From Candidatus Woesearchaeota archaeon (GTDB taxonomy: Archaea > Nanobdellota > Nanobdellia > Woesearchaeales > GW2011-AR15): DNA of 12,482 bases. The stretch covers positions 31,229 to 43,710 of the forward strand of contig JAVZBY010000008.1 in NCBI GenBank assembly GCA_038874655.1, written 5' to 3'. Shown here piece by piece: positions 1 through 7,437 of this stretch (positions are counted from its first letter, which is position 1; each line of letters begins with the position of its first letter). The position numbers and the translations under genes are program-made. The notes below the pieces were generated by a model. The model saw nothing but the letters and a program-made list of their open reading frames with translations. It did not search any database and was not told the origin of the DNA.

Positions 1-2
1 AT

Positions 3-518
3 CAACAATCTATTGATGATTTTATAAATGAAATTAAGGTAGCAACAGGAGTAAGTAAAGTTTTTTTATTGCCTTATTTAGGACATAAGCATATAGATTT
101 AATTGTAGGTTTTATTCCATGGCTTAATTTATTTGTTTTTGATGAAACTTATTTTAGGGTTAATAAATTTATTTTAGAACCAATTTTAACAGAATTAAAT
201 TCTAATTTTATTTTAACAAATGAAAAATATGCTAGTAATTTTTTTGTTTTTGATTATTCACTAGAGGAAATTCCTGAAAATCTTAGAGAAAGATTTGTTA
301 TTACTTATAATTCACCAAGATTATCTAAAAAATTAGAAAAACTAGGAGTTAATGTTTTACAACCAGAAAATACTTCTCTTGAAGATTTATCTATGTTTGG
401 CGGTGTTTCTTGTACTATGAATATAGTTCATGATGTTAGTTTAATTTCCCAACTTTTAATTGGCTCTCAAGATTATATGAAAAGAGTTTATATTAATAAT
501 CCTCATTTAAATTCTTAA
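3..518 (+). CDS. 5'-truncated CDS, possible pentein-superfamily (amidinotransferase/arginine- or agmatine-deiminase-like) enzyme, C-terminal part
   Basis: The frame is open from position 3 (QQSIDDFINEIKVATGVSKVFLLPYLGHKHIDL...), so the TTG at 69 is probably internal. It has an HID motif and a C-terminal GGVSC motif, resembling the catalytic H-x-D and GG-x-x-C motifs of penteins. Confidence 0.5.
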   Translation, partial: QQSIDDFINEIKVATGVSKVFLLPYLGHKHIDLIVGFIPWLNLFVFDETYFRVNKFILEPILTELNSNFILTNEKYASNFFVFDYSLEEIPENLRERFVITYNSPRLSKKLEKLGVNVLQPENTSLEDLSMFGGVSCTMNIVHDVSLISQLLIGSQDYMKRVYINNPHLNS

Positions 519-584
519 AACTATATTTTTAATTAGTTTGCATATTTTTTTATTATTTTATCAAAATTTTATAAAACAATAACC

Positions 585-592
585 TTTTAATA
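585..592 (+). promoter_or_regulatory. Putative archaeal TATA box for gltX (leaderless transcript)
   Basis: TTTTAATA ends about 23 nt upstream of the ATG at 615, and there is no SD motif before the start. The AT-rich background weakens the call. Confidence 0.35.
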
Positions 593-614
593 TGTATTAA
601 TTTTTTTTGTTTTT

Positions 615-2384
615 ATGCTCACTCAAGAAATTTTAGAATCTATTAGATTTTTTGCATTAGAGAATGCATTAAAGTTTAAAGGAAAAGCAAATAATAATGC
701 TGTTTTTGGAAAGGTTTTAGGAAATTTTCCTGAATTAAAAAAAGACATGAATTTTTTAAAGAAAGAGGTAGATGAAATAGTTAGTAATGTAAATTCCCTT
801 TCTTTTGAAGATATTGTAAAAGAATATGAGTCTGTTAAAAGAAAAACACAAAAAGATTTAAAAAATGAAAAAAGTGAAGTTGTAGAAGAGAAATTAAAAA
901 AAGAAGAGCAAAAAAAGAAAAAAGATCTACCTGATTTGCCTAATGCAGTATATGGAAAAGTTATTACAAGAATTCCGCCAGAGCCATCAAAATATAATCA
1001 TATTGGACATGCTCTTTCTTTTTTAATTAATTATTTATATGCTAAGAAATATAATGGCAAATGTTTCATTAGATTTGAGGATACTAATCCAGAAAAAGCA
1101 ACTCAAGAGTTTGTTGATGCAATGATTGAAGATGTTGTTGGTTATTTAGAGATAAAACCTGATAAAATTATGTTTGTTAGCGATGATATGCCTTTGTTCT
1201 ATGATTTTGCTGAAAAATTAATTAAAATGCAAAAAGCATATGTTTGTTGTTGTGAAAGAGAAAAGATGCAAGAATTTAGAGAAAAAGGTATTTCTTGTGA
1301 GTGTTCTAAAAATAATGTTGATAAAAATTTGAATGAATGGCACAAAATGTTGAAAGGTTTTTATAATGAAGGTGAAGCTGTTTTAAGATTAGTTGGAGAT
1401 ATGAAATCTTTAAATCATGTAATGAGAGATCCTGTTATATTTAGAATAAATAAGACAGAACATTACAGACAAAAAAATAAGTATTGTGTTTGGCCTATGT
1501 ATGATTTTGAAAATGCAGTTGAGGATTCAATAACAGGAGTAACCCATATTTTAAGAAGTAATGAGTTTGGTGAGATGAGAATTGAGCTTCAAAATTATAT
1601 TAAAGAACTTTTAGGTTTGCCAAAACAAACAATAATTCAATATGGAAGGTTTAATATTTCAGGAGCAACTACAAAAGGCAGAGAGATTAGAGAAAAAATT
1701 AATTCTGGAGAGGTTTTTGGTTGGGATGATCCTTCATTAGTAACCTTAAAAGCTATGAAAAGAAGGGGTTATGTTAAAGAAACTTTTTATGAGTTGGTTT
1801 ATGAAGTGGGATTATCAGCTAATACAAGCAAAAATATTGACTGGAGTTTAATAGAATCCATTAATAGAGCAATTTTAGATAAAAAAGTAAATAGATATTT
1901 TTTTGTTGAAAATCCAATAAAAATTGGAATTAAAAATAGTCCAATTTTAAAAGTTCAATTAAAAAAACATCCAGAGTTAATGGAAAAAGGATTTAGAATT
2001 TTTGAAACAAAAGGTGTTTTTTATGTTTCTAAAACTGATTATGATAAATTTAATAATGGTGATTTAATTAGGTTAATGGATTGTTTAAATTTTAAAGTTA
2101 TTAATAAAGAGAAAAATGAGTTTTTGTTTGATTCATTGGATTATGAAACTTATAAAAAAACAGGCAAATTAATTATACACTGGCTTCCAGCAGATGAAAT
2201 AAATGAAAAAGAATTAGTTTATACAGAAGTGTTAATGCCTAATCATGAATTAAAAAAAGGTTATGCTGAAAATGAAATAAAAAATTTAGCTAAAGAGGAG
2301 ATTGTACAATTTCAAAGGTTTGGGTTTTGTAAATTAGATGAAGTTAAGGAAGATAAATTTATATTTTGGTTTACTACAAAGTAA
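615..2384 (+). CDS. gltX: Glutamate--tRNA ligase, archaeal type
   Basis: TRIPPEPSKYNHIGH (HIGH motif), RFEDTNP, AYVC, RDPVIFR, VWPMYDF, GVTHILRSNE, GWDDP, and a C-terminal beta-barrel anticodon-binding region (IIHW...QFQRFGF). It also has the archaeal N-terminal ALENALKFKGKA segment. Confidence 0.96.
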   Translation: MLTQEILESIRFFALENALKFKGKANNNAVFGKVLGNFPELKKDMNFLKKEVDEIVSNVNSLSFEDIVKEYESVKRKTQKDLKNEKSEVVEEKLKKEEQKKKKDLPDLPNAVYGKVITRIPPEPSKYNHIGHALSFLINYLYAKKYNGKCFIRFEDTNPEKATQEFVDAMIEDVVGYLEIKPDKIMFVSDDMPLFYDFAEKLIKMQKAYVCCCEREKMQEFREKGISCECSKNNVDKNLNEWHKMLKGFYNEGEAVLRLVGDMKSLNHVMRDPVIFRINKTEHYRQKNKYCVWPMYDFENAVEDSITGVTHILRSNEFGEMRIELQNYIKELLGLPKQTIIQYGRFNISGATTKGREIREKINSGEVFGWDDPSLVTLKAMKRRGYVKETFYELVYEVGLSANTSKNIDWSLIESINRAILDKKVNRYFFVENPIKIGIKNSPILKVQLKKHPELMEKGFRIFETKGVFYVSKTDYDKFNNGDLIRLMDCLNFKVINKEKNEFLFDSLDYETYKKTGKLIIHWLPADEINEKELVYTEVLMPNHELKKGYAENEIKNLAKEEIVQFQRFGFCKLDEVKEDKFIFWFTTK

Positions 2385-2446
2385 ATTAGATTTTTAAATA
2401 ATTTTTTTTAAATTTTTTAATTAAAAAAGTTTTTAAAATTTTTTAT

Positions 2447-2453
2447 GAGGTGA
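2447..2453 (+). promoter_or_regulatory. Shine-Dalgarno site of the histone-fold gene
   Basis: GAGGTGA lies 7 nt upstream of the ATG at 2461. Confidence 0.8.
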
Positions 2454-2460
2454 TTTTAAA

Positions 2461-2622
2461 ATGTTAATAACAAAATCACAGATAAAGCAGATTGTTGGAG
2501 ATGTTAGCATAGCAGAAGAATTTTATCCAGCTTTAAACCAAGAGGTTGAGAATTTAATTAAAAGAGCTTTAGAAAGAGCAAAAGCAAATGGTAGAAGAAC
2601 ATTGATGGCTAGAGATTTGTAA
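2461..2622 (+). CDS. Small histone-fold protein, 53 aa (DUF1931-like / face-to-face-type prokaryotic histone), absent from the ORF track
   Basis: Hand translation: MLITKSQIKQIVGDVSIAEEFYPALNQEVENLIKRALERAKANGRRTLMARDL*. It has the histone-fold signature A-x-x-N-G-R-R-T-L-x-x-R-D-L (L2 loop R-x-T and R-D clamp), a long alpha2 helix and a strong SD. Confidence 0.9.
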   Translation: MLITKSQIKQIVGDVSIAEEFYPALNQEVENLIKRALERAKANGRRTLMARDL

Positions 2623-2631
2623 TTTTTTATT

Positions 2632-3069
2632 TTATAGTTCAAACTTTTCTAACTCTTGTTTGGATTGTTCAAGATCAATCTTTTTTATTGTTTTTAATAA
2701 ACTTTCAATTTTTTTTAATTTTGTTTTTAAAGAATTTGCTTTTTTTTTGTCTTTTTTTTGAATTTTTTTGATTTTTTCTTTTAGTTTTTTTATTTTTATT
2801 TCATATGGAAGGTATTTATTTTTAGAATAAAACATTTTTATTTTTAGTTCAATTTCTTCCTTTCTTTCAGGGCTTATTTGTTTTAATCTTTCCTCAACCT
2901 TTTTTTCTATGTTTTCTTGTTTTTCCTTTATTTTATATGTTTGTATTTCTTTCGGTATTTTTTTTATTTCTTCAATTGGTTCTTTTTTTTCTAATTTTGA
3001 AGCAGCATTAGCTAAATATTTTAGAAATAATTTTACTTTTTCTTTCGAGTATTTTCTCTCTTCTAGCAT
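2632..3069 (-). CDS. Hypothetical Lys/Glu-rich coiled-coil protein
   Basis: 145-aa ORF, highly charged and helical, 31 nt downstream of the co-oriented 3101..3586 gene. Confidence 0.7.
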   Translation of the reverse strand: MLEERKYSKEKVKLFLKYLANAASKLEKKEPIEEIKKIPKEIQTYKIKEKQENIEKKVEERLKQISPERKEEIELKIKMFYSKNKYLPYEIKIKKLKEKIKKIQKKDKKKANSLKTKLKKIESLLKTIKKIDLEQSKQELEKFEL

Positions 3070-3100
3070 TTTAATTAAAATAGATTTTTTAAATATTCAT

Positions 3101-3586
3101 TTATATCTTAAATGAAAAACCTTTCTTTTTTTCTTCAACAGGCATTTGATAACTAGGCAATGGTTTTGGTTGCGGCATTTGTTGTAGTGGTTGCTGTATG
3201 TTTGGTTGCATAGGCACAGGTCTTTGAATGTTTTGAGTGAATTGTTTTTGTCTTAATTCTTCAATCATGTCAGCTATTGCAATTATGCCTTTTGCTATTT
3301 TTTCGTTTTGTGTTTCTAATTTTTCTATTCTTTCTATTATTTTATCTATTTTGTCAGAAATTAATACAGCATCATGACTATCATGTTTCATTTCTTCAGA
3401 TGCTTCCCTGAATATTCTTATTAAAGAATTCATTGATTTAGATAATGCTAACATAACTTCTTTAGTATCATCATTTTCATTTGCTCTGTAAATTTCGCTT
3501 TTATCTAAAGAAGGTTTATTTTTTAAAATCTCAATTTCTTTTTTTAGCTTTTCCATATTATCTTTTGGTAGGAGAGTATCATCCAT
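3101..3586 (-). CDS. Hypothetical coiled-coil protein with Pro/Gln-rich C-terminal linker
   Basis: 161-aa ORF with an AGGTGA SD at 3596..3591 (minus strand). Heptad-like segments (ISDKIDKIIERIEKLETQNEKIAKGIIAIADMIEEL) are followed by a PQ-rich tail. Confidence 0.8.
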   Translation of the reverse strand: MDDTLLPKDNMEKLKKEIEILKNKPSLDKSEIYRANENDDTKEVMLALSKSMNSLIRIFREASEEMKHDSHDAVLISDKIDKIIERIEKLETQNEKIAKGIIAIADMIEELRQKQFTQNIQRPVPMQPNIQQPLQQMPQPKPLPSYQMPVEEKKKGFSFKI

Positions 3587-3630
3587 AGTATCACCTTGTT
3601 TGATTTTTTTATATTTTTGAATTTTTATTT

Positions 3631-3667
3631 CTAGATTTTAATTTAGTTTTACTACTAGATTTTAATT
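3631..3667. repeat. 13-bp direct repeat (CTAGATTTTAATT x2, 24-bp period) in a divergent intergenic region
   Basis: Identical copies at 3631..3643 and 3655..3667. Confidence 0.55.
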
Positions 3668-3804
3668 CCTATTTCTTGAATAATCTATTGTTAATGTTGC
3701 TATTAATGTCAATAAACTTTATAAATATTGCGATTTGTGTTTGCATTTTGTTGTTTTTTTGCGCTTTGTAATTTTTGTTTTTTTGAAATTTTTTTAGAAT
3801 TTTT

Positions 3805-3832
3805 TAGAAATAATTATAAAGCAGTGTTTTTT
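3805..3832 (+). promoter_or_regulatory. Putative BRE/TATA promoter of pyrH
   Basis: Purine-rich GAAA followed by ATTATAAA, ending about 23 nt before ATG 3843. A near copy lies at 4637..4664. Confidence 0.5.
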
Positions 3833-3842
3833 TATTTTTTTT

Positions 3843-4550
3843 ATGGAAACTATTGTTTTGAGTTTAGGTGGTTCTATTATTGTTCCTGATAAACCAGATT
3901 ATTTCTTTTTAAGAGAGTTTAAGAATTTTATTTTAACAAATTTAAATAGATATTCTTTTATTATTGTTTGTGGCGGAGGGAAAACAAATTTTTATTATAA
4001 TGAAGCAGCAAAAAGAATTTCAGATGTTTCAAAAAATGATTTAGACTTAATAGGAATTATGGCTACTAAGTTGAATGCAGAATTAGTAAGAAGTATTTTT
4101 GGTGGTTATGCATATCCAAAGATAATTACTAGTCCTAATTCAATTGTTTTCAAGAATTTTTATAAAGATAATTTTAAAAAAAACAATAAGACAAAGGTTT
4201 TTGTAGCATCTGGCTGGAAACCAGGAAATTCTAGTGATTATGTTTCTGTTTTAATTGCGAAAAATTTGAGATGCAAGAGAATTTTTAATTTAACAAATGT
4301 TGATTATGTTTATGATAAAGATCCAAGAATGAATAAGGATGCTAAAAAAATAGTTTCTATTAGTTGGAATGATTTTAGAAAGATGTTTTCTTCAGAATGG
4401 CAACCAAGAATGAATAGTCCTTTTGATCCAATAGCAAGCAAAGAAGCACAAAAACATAAATTAAAGGTTTTTATATTAAAAGGAACAGATTTAAAAAATT
4501 TACAAAATGCTTTTGAAAATAAAGATTTTGTAGGAACAACAATATATTAA
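3843..4550 (+). CDS. pyrH: Uridylate (UMP) kinase, archaeal type
   Basis: IVLSLGGS, IVCGGG, DLIGIMATKLNA, SGWKPGNSSD, TNVDYVYDKDP, PFDPIA and a terminal GTTI all match amino-acid-kinase-family UMP kinase motifs. Confidence 0.95.
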   Translation: METIVLSLGGSIIVPDKPDYFFLREFKNFILTNLNRYSFIIVCGGGKTNFYYNEAAKRISDVSKNDLDLIGIMATKLNAELVRSIFGGYAYPKIITSPNSIVFKNFYKDNFKKNNKTKVFVASGWKPGNSSDYVSVLIAKNLRCKRIFNLTNVDYVYDKDPRMNKDAKKIVSISWNDFRKMFSSEWQPRMNSPFDPIASKEAQKHKLKVFILKGTDLKNLQNAFENKDFVGTTIY

Positions 4551-4636
4551 GTATTTTTTAAATGTATTATTGGTAATTTTTTTTGTATCTTTTAAATTTA
4601 GTTTTTTAATTATTTCATTTCTTTGAATTTATAGAA

Positions 4637-4664
4637 TAGAAAAGTTAATAAAGTAGTGTTTTTT
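4637..4664 (+). promoter_or_regulatory. Putative BRE/TATA promoter of the membrane protein gene
   Basis: GAAAAG followed by TTAATAAA. It is 23/28 identical to the element upstream of pyrH. Confidence 0.45.
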
Positions 4665-4683
4665 AATTATGAATGGTGGGATT

Positions 4684-6099
4684 ATGAAAAAGTTTTATTT
4701 TATTATTTTGATGGCTATTCTTTTTGTTAATCCTGTTTTTGCTTTAACAGCAAATGTTAAGATTATAAAAAATAGTATTTTTATGGATGAATCTGCATTG
4801 TTTTTAATTAATTTGCAAAATCCCACTGATAAAGAGATTTTAGTTCAAGTTTATTCTAATGATATTGCATTTTCTAGTGAAACAGAGCCAAGTATAATAA
4901 AATTAATGCCACTATCAGAGATGAATGTTAGTTTAAGATTATCACCAAATAGTTGGGCTTCTTATGGTGCAAAAGGTGTTAGTGTAATGATTAGTTCCTC
5001 TGAAAAGGATAATATTGAACTGTCTATTCCTATATATGTAAAAACTTTTGATATGATTGAGAGAAAATACAGTCCTTCTGTAGAATTGAAAGTTGATTTT
5101 ACAAATAGAGTTGATCCTAGACAAGAATATCCATTAACTATTTATTTGAGAAATAGAAATAAATTAAATATTGAAAGTATGAAGGTTTATATAAGAAGCA
5201 AAAATTTTAATTATGATTTAGAAGATATAAAGTTAGAACCATATCCTAATGGCGAGTTTAAACAGACAATAAGGTATAGTGTTGATAAATATACTAAACC
5301 ACAAGAGGATATGCTTGAGATTTTTTTGGTTTATGAGAATAAAACATTTAACAGAGAAAAATATAGCTTTAGGATTGTAGATTATTCTGATGTTGTTTTG
5401 AAAGAAGAAAAAAATACAGAGCTTTTTAAAAATACTATTGATGTATATATGAAAAATGAAGGCAATGTGAAATCTGTTTTTAATTATACTTTCGGAACTA
5501 ATTTTTTAAGAAAATTTTTTGTTTCATCAAGTTTGCCTTTTGATAAAGTTAATTTAAAAAAGGATGGTTTTTTTGAGTGGAGCTTTGTTTTAGAGCCATT
5601 GGAAGAAAAACATCTTAGAATTGTTGAGAACTTTAGACCAATTATTTATTTTGTTTTGTTAGTATTGTTTTCAGTTTTAATTTATTTTATTTATAGAAGC
5701 CCTGTTGTTGTAAAAAAAGAGGCTATTATTACAGGAAAAAATAGTGAAGGTATTTCAAATATGAAGGTTTTAATACATATAAGAAATAGAAGCCAAGATC
5801 TTATTGAAAAGATTGAAATTAAAGATTTAGTGCCTACTATTGCAGAATTTATTGAAGAAGAAAGACATGGAACTTTAATGCCTAGTAAAGTTATTAGGAA
5901 TGATAAAAAAGGAACTGTGTTGAAATGGGAATTAGATGCATTAGAGCCATTTGAAGAAAGATTGATTACTTATAGATTAAAGTCAAAAATTGTGGTTGTT
6001 GGGGGTTTGACTTTACCAAATGCAAAAATAAAGTTTGAAGTAAAAGGCAAGCAAAGATCTATAAAGTCAAATAAATGTGAGGTTAGTTTGAGTATATAG
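4684..6099 (+). CDS. Secreted single-pass membrane protein with Ig-like beta-rich domains (S-layer/COG1361- or DUF11-like)
   Basis: The likely start is ATG 4684 (GGTGG SD at 4675..4679; ATG 4669 is the in-frame alternative). It has a signal peptide (MKKFYFIILMAILFVNPVFA), repeated beta motifs (INLQNP, IYLRNR, VYMKNEGN), a TM helix (IIYFVLLVLFSVLIYFIY) and then a further DUF11-like domain (VVKK...IHIRN...IEIKDLVP...LKWEL). Confidence 0.7.
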   Translation: MKKFYFIILMAILFVNPVFALTANVKIIKNSIFMDESALFLINLQNPTDKEILVQVYSNDIAFSSETEPSIIKLMPLSEMNVSLRLSPNSWASYGAKGVSVMISSSEKDNIELSIPIYVKTFDMIERKYSPSVELKVDFTNRVDPRQEYPLTIYLRNRNKLNIESMKVYIRSKNFNYDLEDIKLEPYPNGEFKQTIRYSVDKYTKPQEDMLEIFLVYENKTFNREKYSFRIVDYSDVVLKEEKNTELFKNTIDVYMKNEGNVKSVFNYTFGTNFLRKFFVSSSLPFDKVNLKKDGFFEWSFVLEPLEEKHLRIVENFRPIIYFVLLVLFSVLIYFIYRSPVVVKKEAIITGKNSEGISNMKVLIHIRNRSQDLIEKIEIKDLVPTIAEFIEEERHGTLMPSKVIRNDKKGTVLKWELDALEPFEERLITYRLKSKIVVVGGLTLPNAKIKFEVKGKQRSIKSNKCEVSLSI

Positions 6100-6143
6100 T
6101 TTAAAATTTTATCTTTTACTACAATTGTATCTTGATTGAAAAA

Positions 6144-7208
6144 ATGGAAGACAAAATTAAAGGTTATGCTATTTTCTTTATTGTATTTTTAGCTTTTTAT
6201 TTATTTTATTTGATGATAAAAAGTTTTTTTGCATCAATATTTTTTGCTATTTTATTTAGTTATATTTTTTTTCCATTGAATAAGTTTTTTTCAAACATTT
6301 TTTTTAAGTTTAATAGAAATATTGCGCCTTTTATTGTTATGATTTTAGTTATTTTGATAGTTTTTATTCCTTTTTCATATTTAGTTTTTTTGGTTATTAA
6401 TGAAATTCCTAAAACATATAATTTTTTATTATCTATTTTGCAAAGTAATTTGTTTAATGATATAAGTAGATTTTTTTTAGAAACCTTTAATTTTGATTTA
6501 AAACAGGTTGTTTTTAATTCTTTTAATTCTTTGTTTAGTTATTTAAAAGAATTTTTGTTTTCATTGCCTAATAAGTTTATGAATATTTTTTTAACCTTTT
6601 TTTTATTGTTCTTTTTTTTAAGAGATGGTGAGTTTTTTATCACCAAAGCAAGAGAATTTAGTCCTTTTTCAGAAAAAGAAACTTTGATTTTGTTCAGAGA
6701 GGTTAAAAATATTACTGATGCAATTATTTATGGACAGGTTTTAACTGCTTTTTTACAAGCTGTTGTTGCTTTTTTAGGATTTTATTTTTTAGGGTTTGGT
6801 TCATCTTTGTTATTGGCTTTTTTAACTTTTTTTGTTTCTATAATTCCAATGATAGGGCCTTCTTTTGTTTATCTTCCAGTTGGAATTTTTAGTATTTTAT
6901 TAGGTCTAAGTAATCAAAATCCAAATGAGATTAATAAGGGGTTGTTTTTGATTATTTATGGTTTTTTAATTATTAGTAGCGTTGATAATGTTATAAAACC
7001 CTTAGTAATTAGTGATAAGACAACAAGTCATCCTGTTTTGGTTATGTTAGGAATTATAGGTGGATTGTATGCTTTTGGTTTTATAGGTGTTTTTATAGGG
7101 CCAATTATTATGGTGGTTGTTGAAACTTTGTTTAAGATTTATAGGTTGAGAAATGAGCTTAATGATAAATTAAAACCAAATAAAAAAAGAATTGGTGTAG
7201 ATGTCTAG
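6144..7208 (+). CDS. AI-2E family transporter (PerM/YdiK-like)
   Basis: About 8 hydrophobic helices with the motifs FFFLRDGE, IYGQVLTAFLQ, IIPMIG, VDNVIKP and HPVLVMLGIIGG..FGFIGVFIGP. The start is ATG 6144 or the in-frame TTG 6132. Confidence 0.92.
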   Translation: MEDKIKGYAIFFIVFLAFYLFYLMIKSFFASIFFAILFSYIFFPLNKFFSNIFFKFNRNIAPFIVMILVILIVFIPFSYLVFLVINEIPKTYNFLLSILQSNLFNDISRFFLETFNFDLKQVVFNSFNSLFSYLKEFLFSLPNKFMNIFLTFFLLFFFLRDGEFFITKAREFSPFSEKETLILFREVKNITDAIIYGQVLTAFLQAVVAFLGFYFLGFGSSLLLAFLTFFVSIIPMIGPSFVYLPVGIFSILLGLSNQNPNEINKGLFLIIYGFLIISSVDNVIKPLVISDKTTSHPVLVMLGIIGGLYAFGFIGVFIGPIIMVVVETLFKIYRLRNELNDKLKPNKKRIGVDV

Positions 7209-7272
7209 ATCTAGTTATAATAGGAAATATTAAAAATATTTAAAAAGGATTTATTTTTCTATTTTATTTAAA

Positions 7273-7386
7273 GCCGGCGTCGCATAATCCGGTATTGCGC
7301 TAGCCTTGAGAGCTGGTCCCGTAAGGGATTCCCGGAAACTTTTACATTTTATGTAAGGTTGGGAAATTCAAATCCGGGCGCCGGCG
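7273..7386 (+). tRNA. tRNA-Ser(UGA) with a 31-nt intron at position 53/54; CCA not encoded
   Basis: Acceptor GCCGGCG/CGCCGGC plus G73, D stem GCA/TGC, anticodon stem CTAGC/GCTGG with loop CT-TGA-GA (anticodon 7307..7309), long variable arm TCCC-GTAA-GGGA, T stem CCCGG/CCGGG. Removing 7336..7366 restores GG-TTCAAAT-CC. Confidence 0.93.
7336..7366 (+). other. Non-canonical tRNA intron (53/54) with relaxed BHB motif
   Basis: Central helix TCCC(7330..7333)/GGGA(7361..7364), 3-nt bulges GG^A and AA^T, and an intron hairpin AACTTTTACAT/ATGTAAGGTT. Confidence 0.85.
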
Positions 7387-7437
7387 CTATTTTTCTATTT
7401 TTTTAATTTTTTTAGTGATTTTTTTTAGAAATAGAAA

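Noticed and set aside
2385-2445. Poly-T tracts as specific terminators (also 519..614, 4551..4620, 7390..7430)
   Set aside because: Plausible archaeal oligo-U terminators, but T-runs are so common on this strand that individual sites cannot be assigned.
2909-3115. 68-aa + strand ORF
   Set aside because: Phe/Ser-rich antisense shadow of the Lys/Glu-rich gene at 2632..3069.
4942-5124. 60-aa - strand ORF
   Set aside because: Lies antisense inside the membrane protein gene and has no recognisable motif.
7305-7328. Possible tRNA-Sec or opal suppressor (TGA in loop, long variable arm)
   Set aside because: The anticodon is UGA, which reads Ser UCA, not UCA. The 7-bp acceptor and 5-bp T stem are those of a standard tRNA-Ser.
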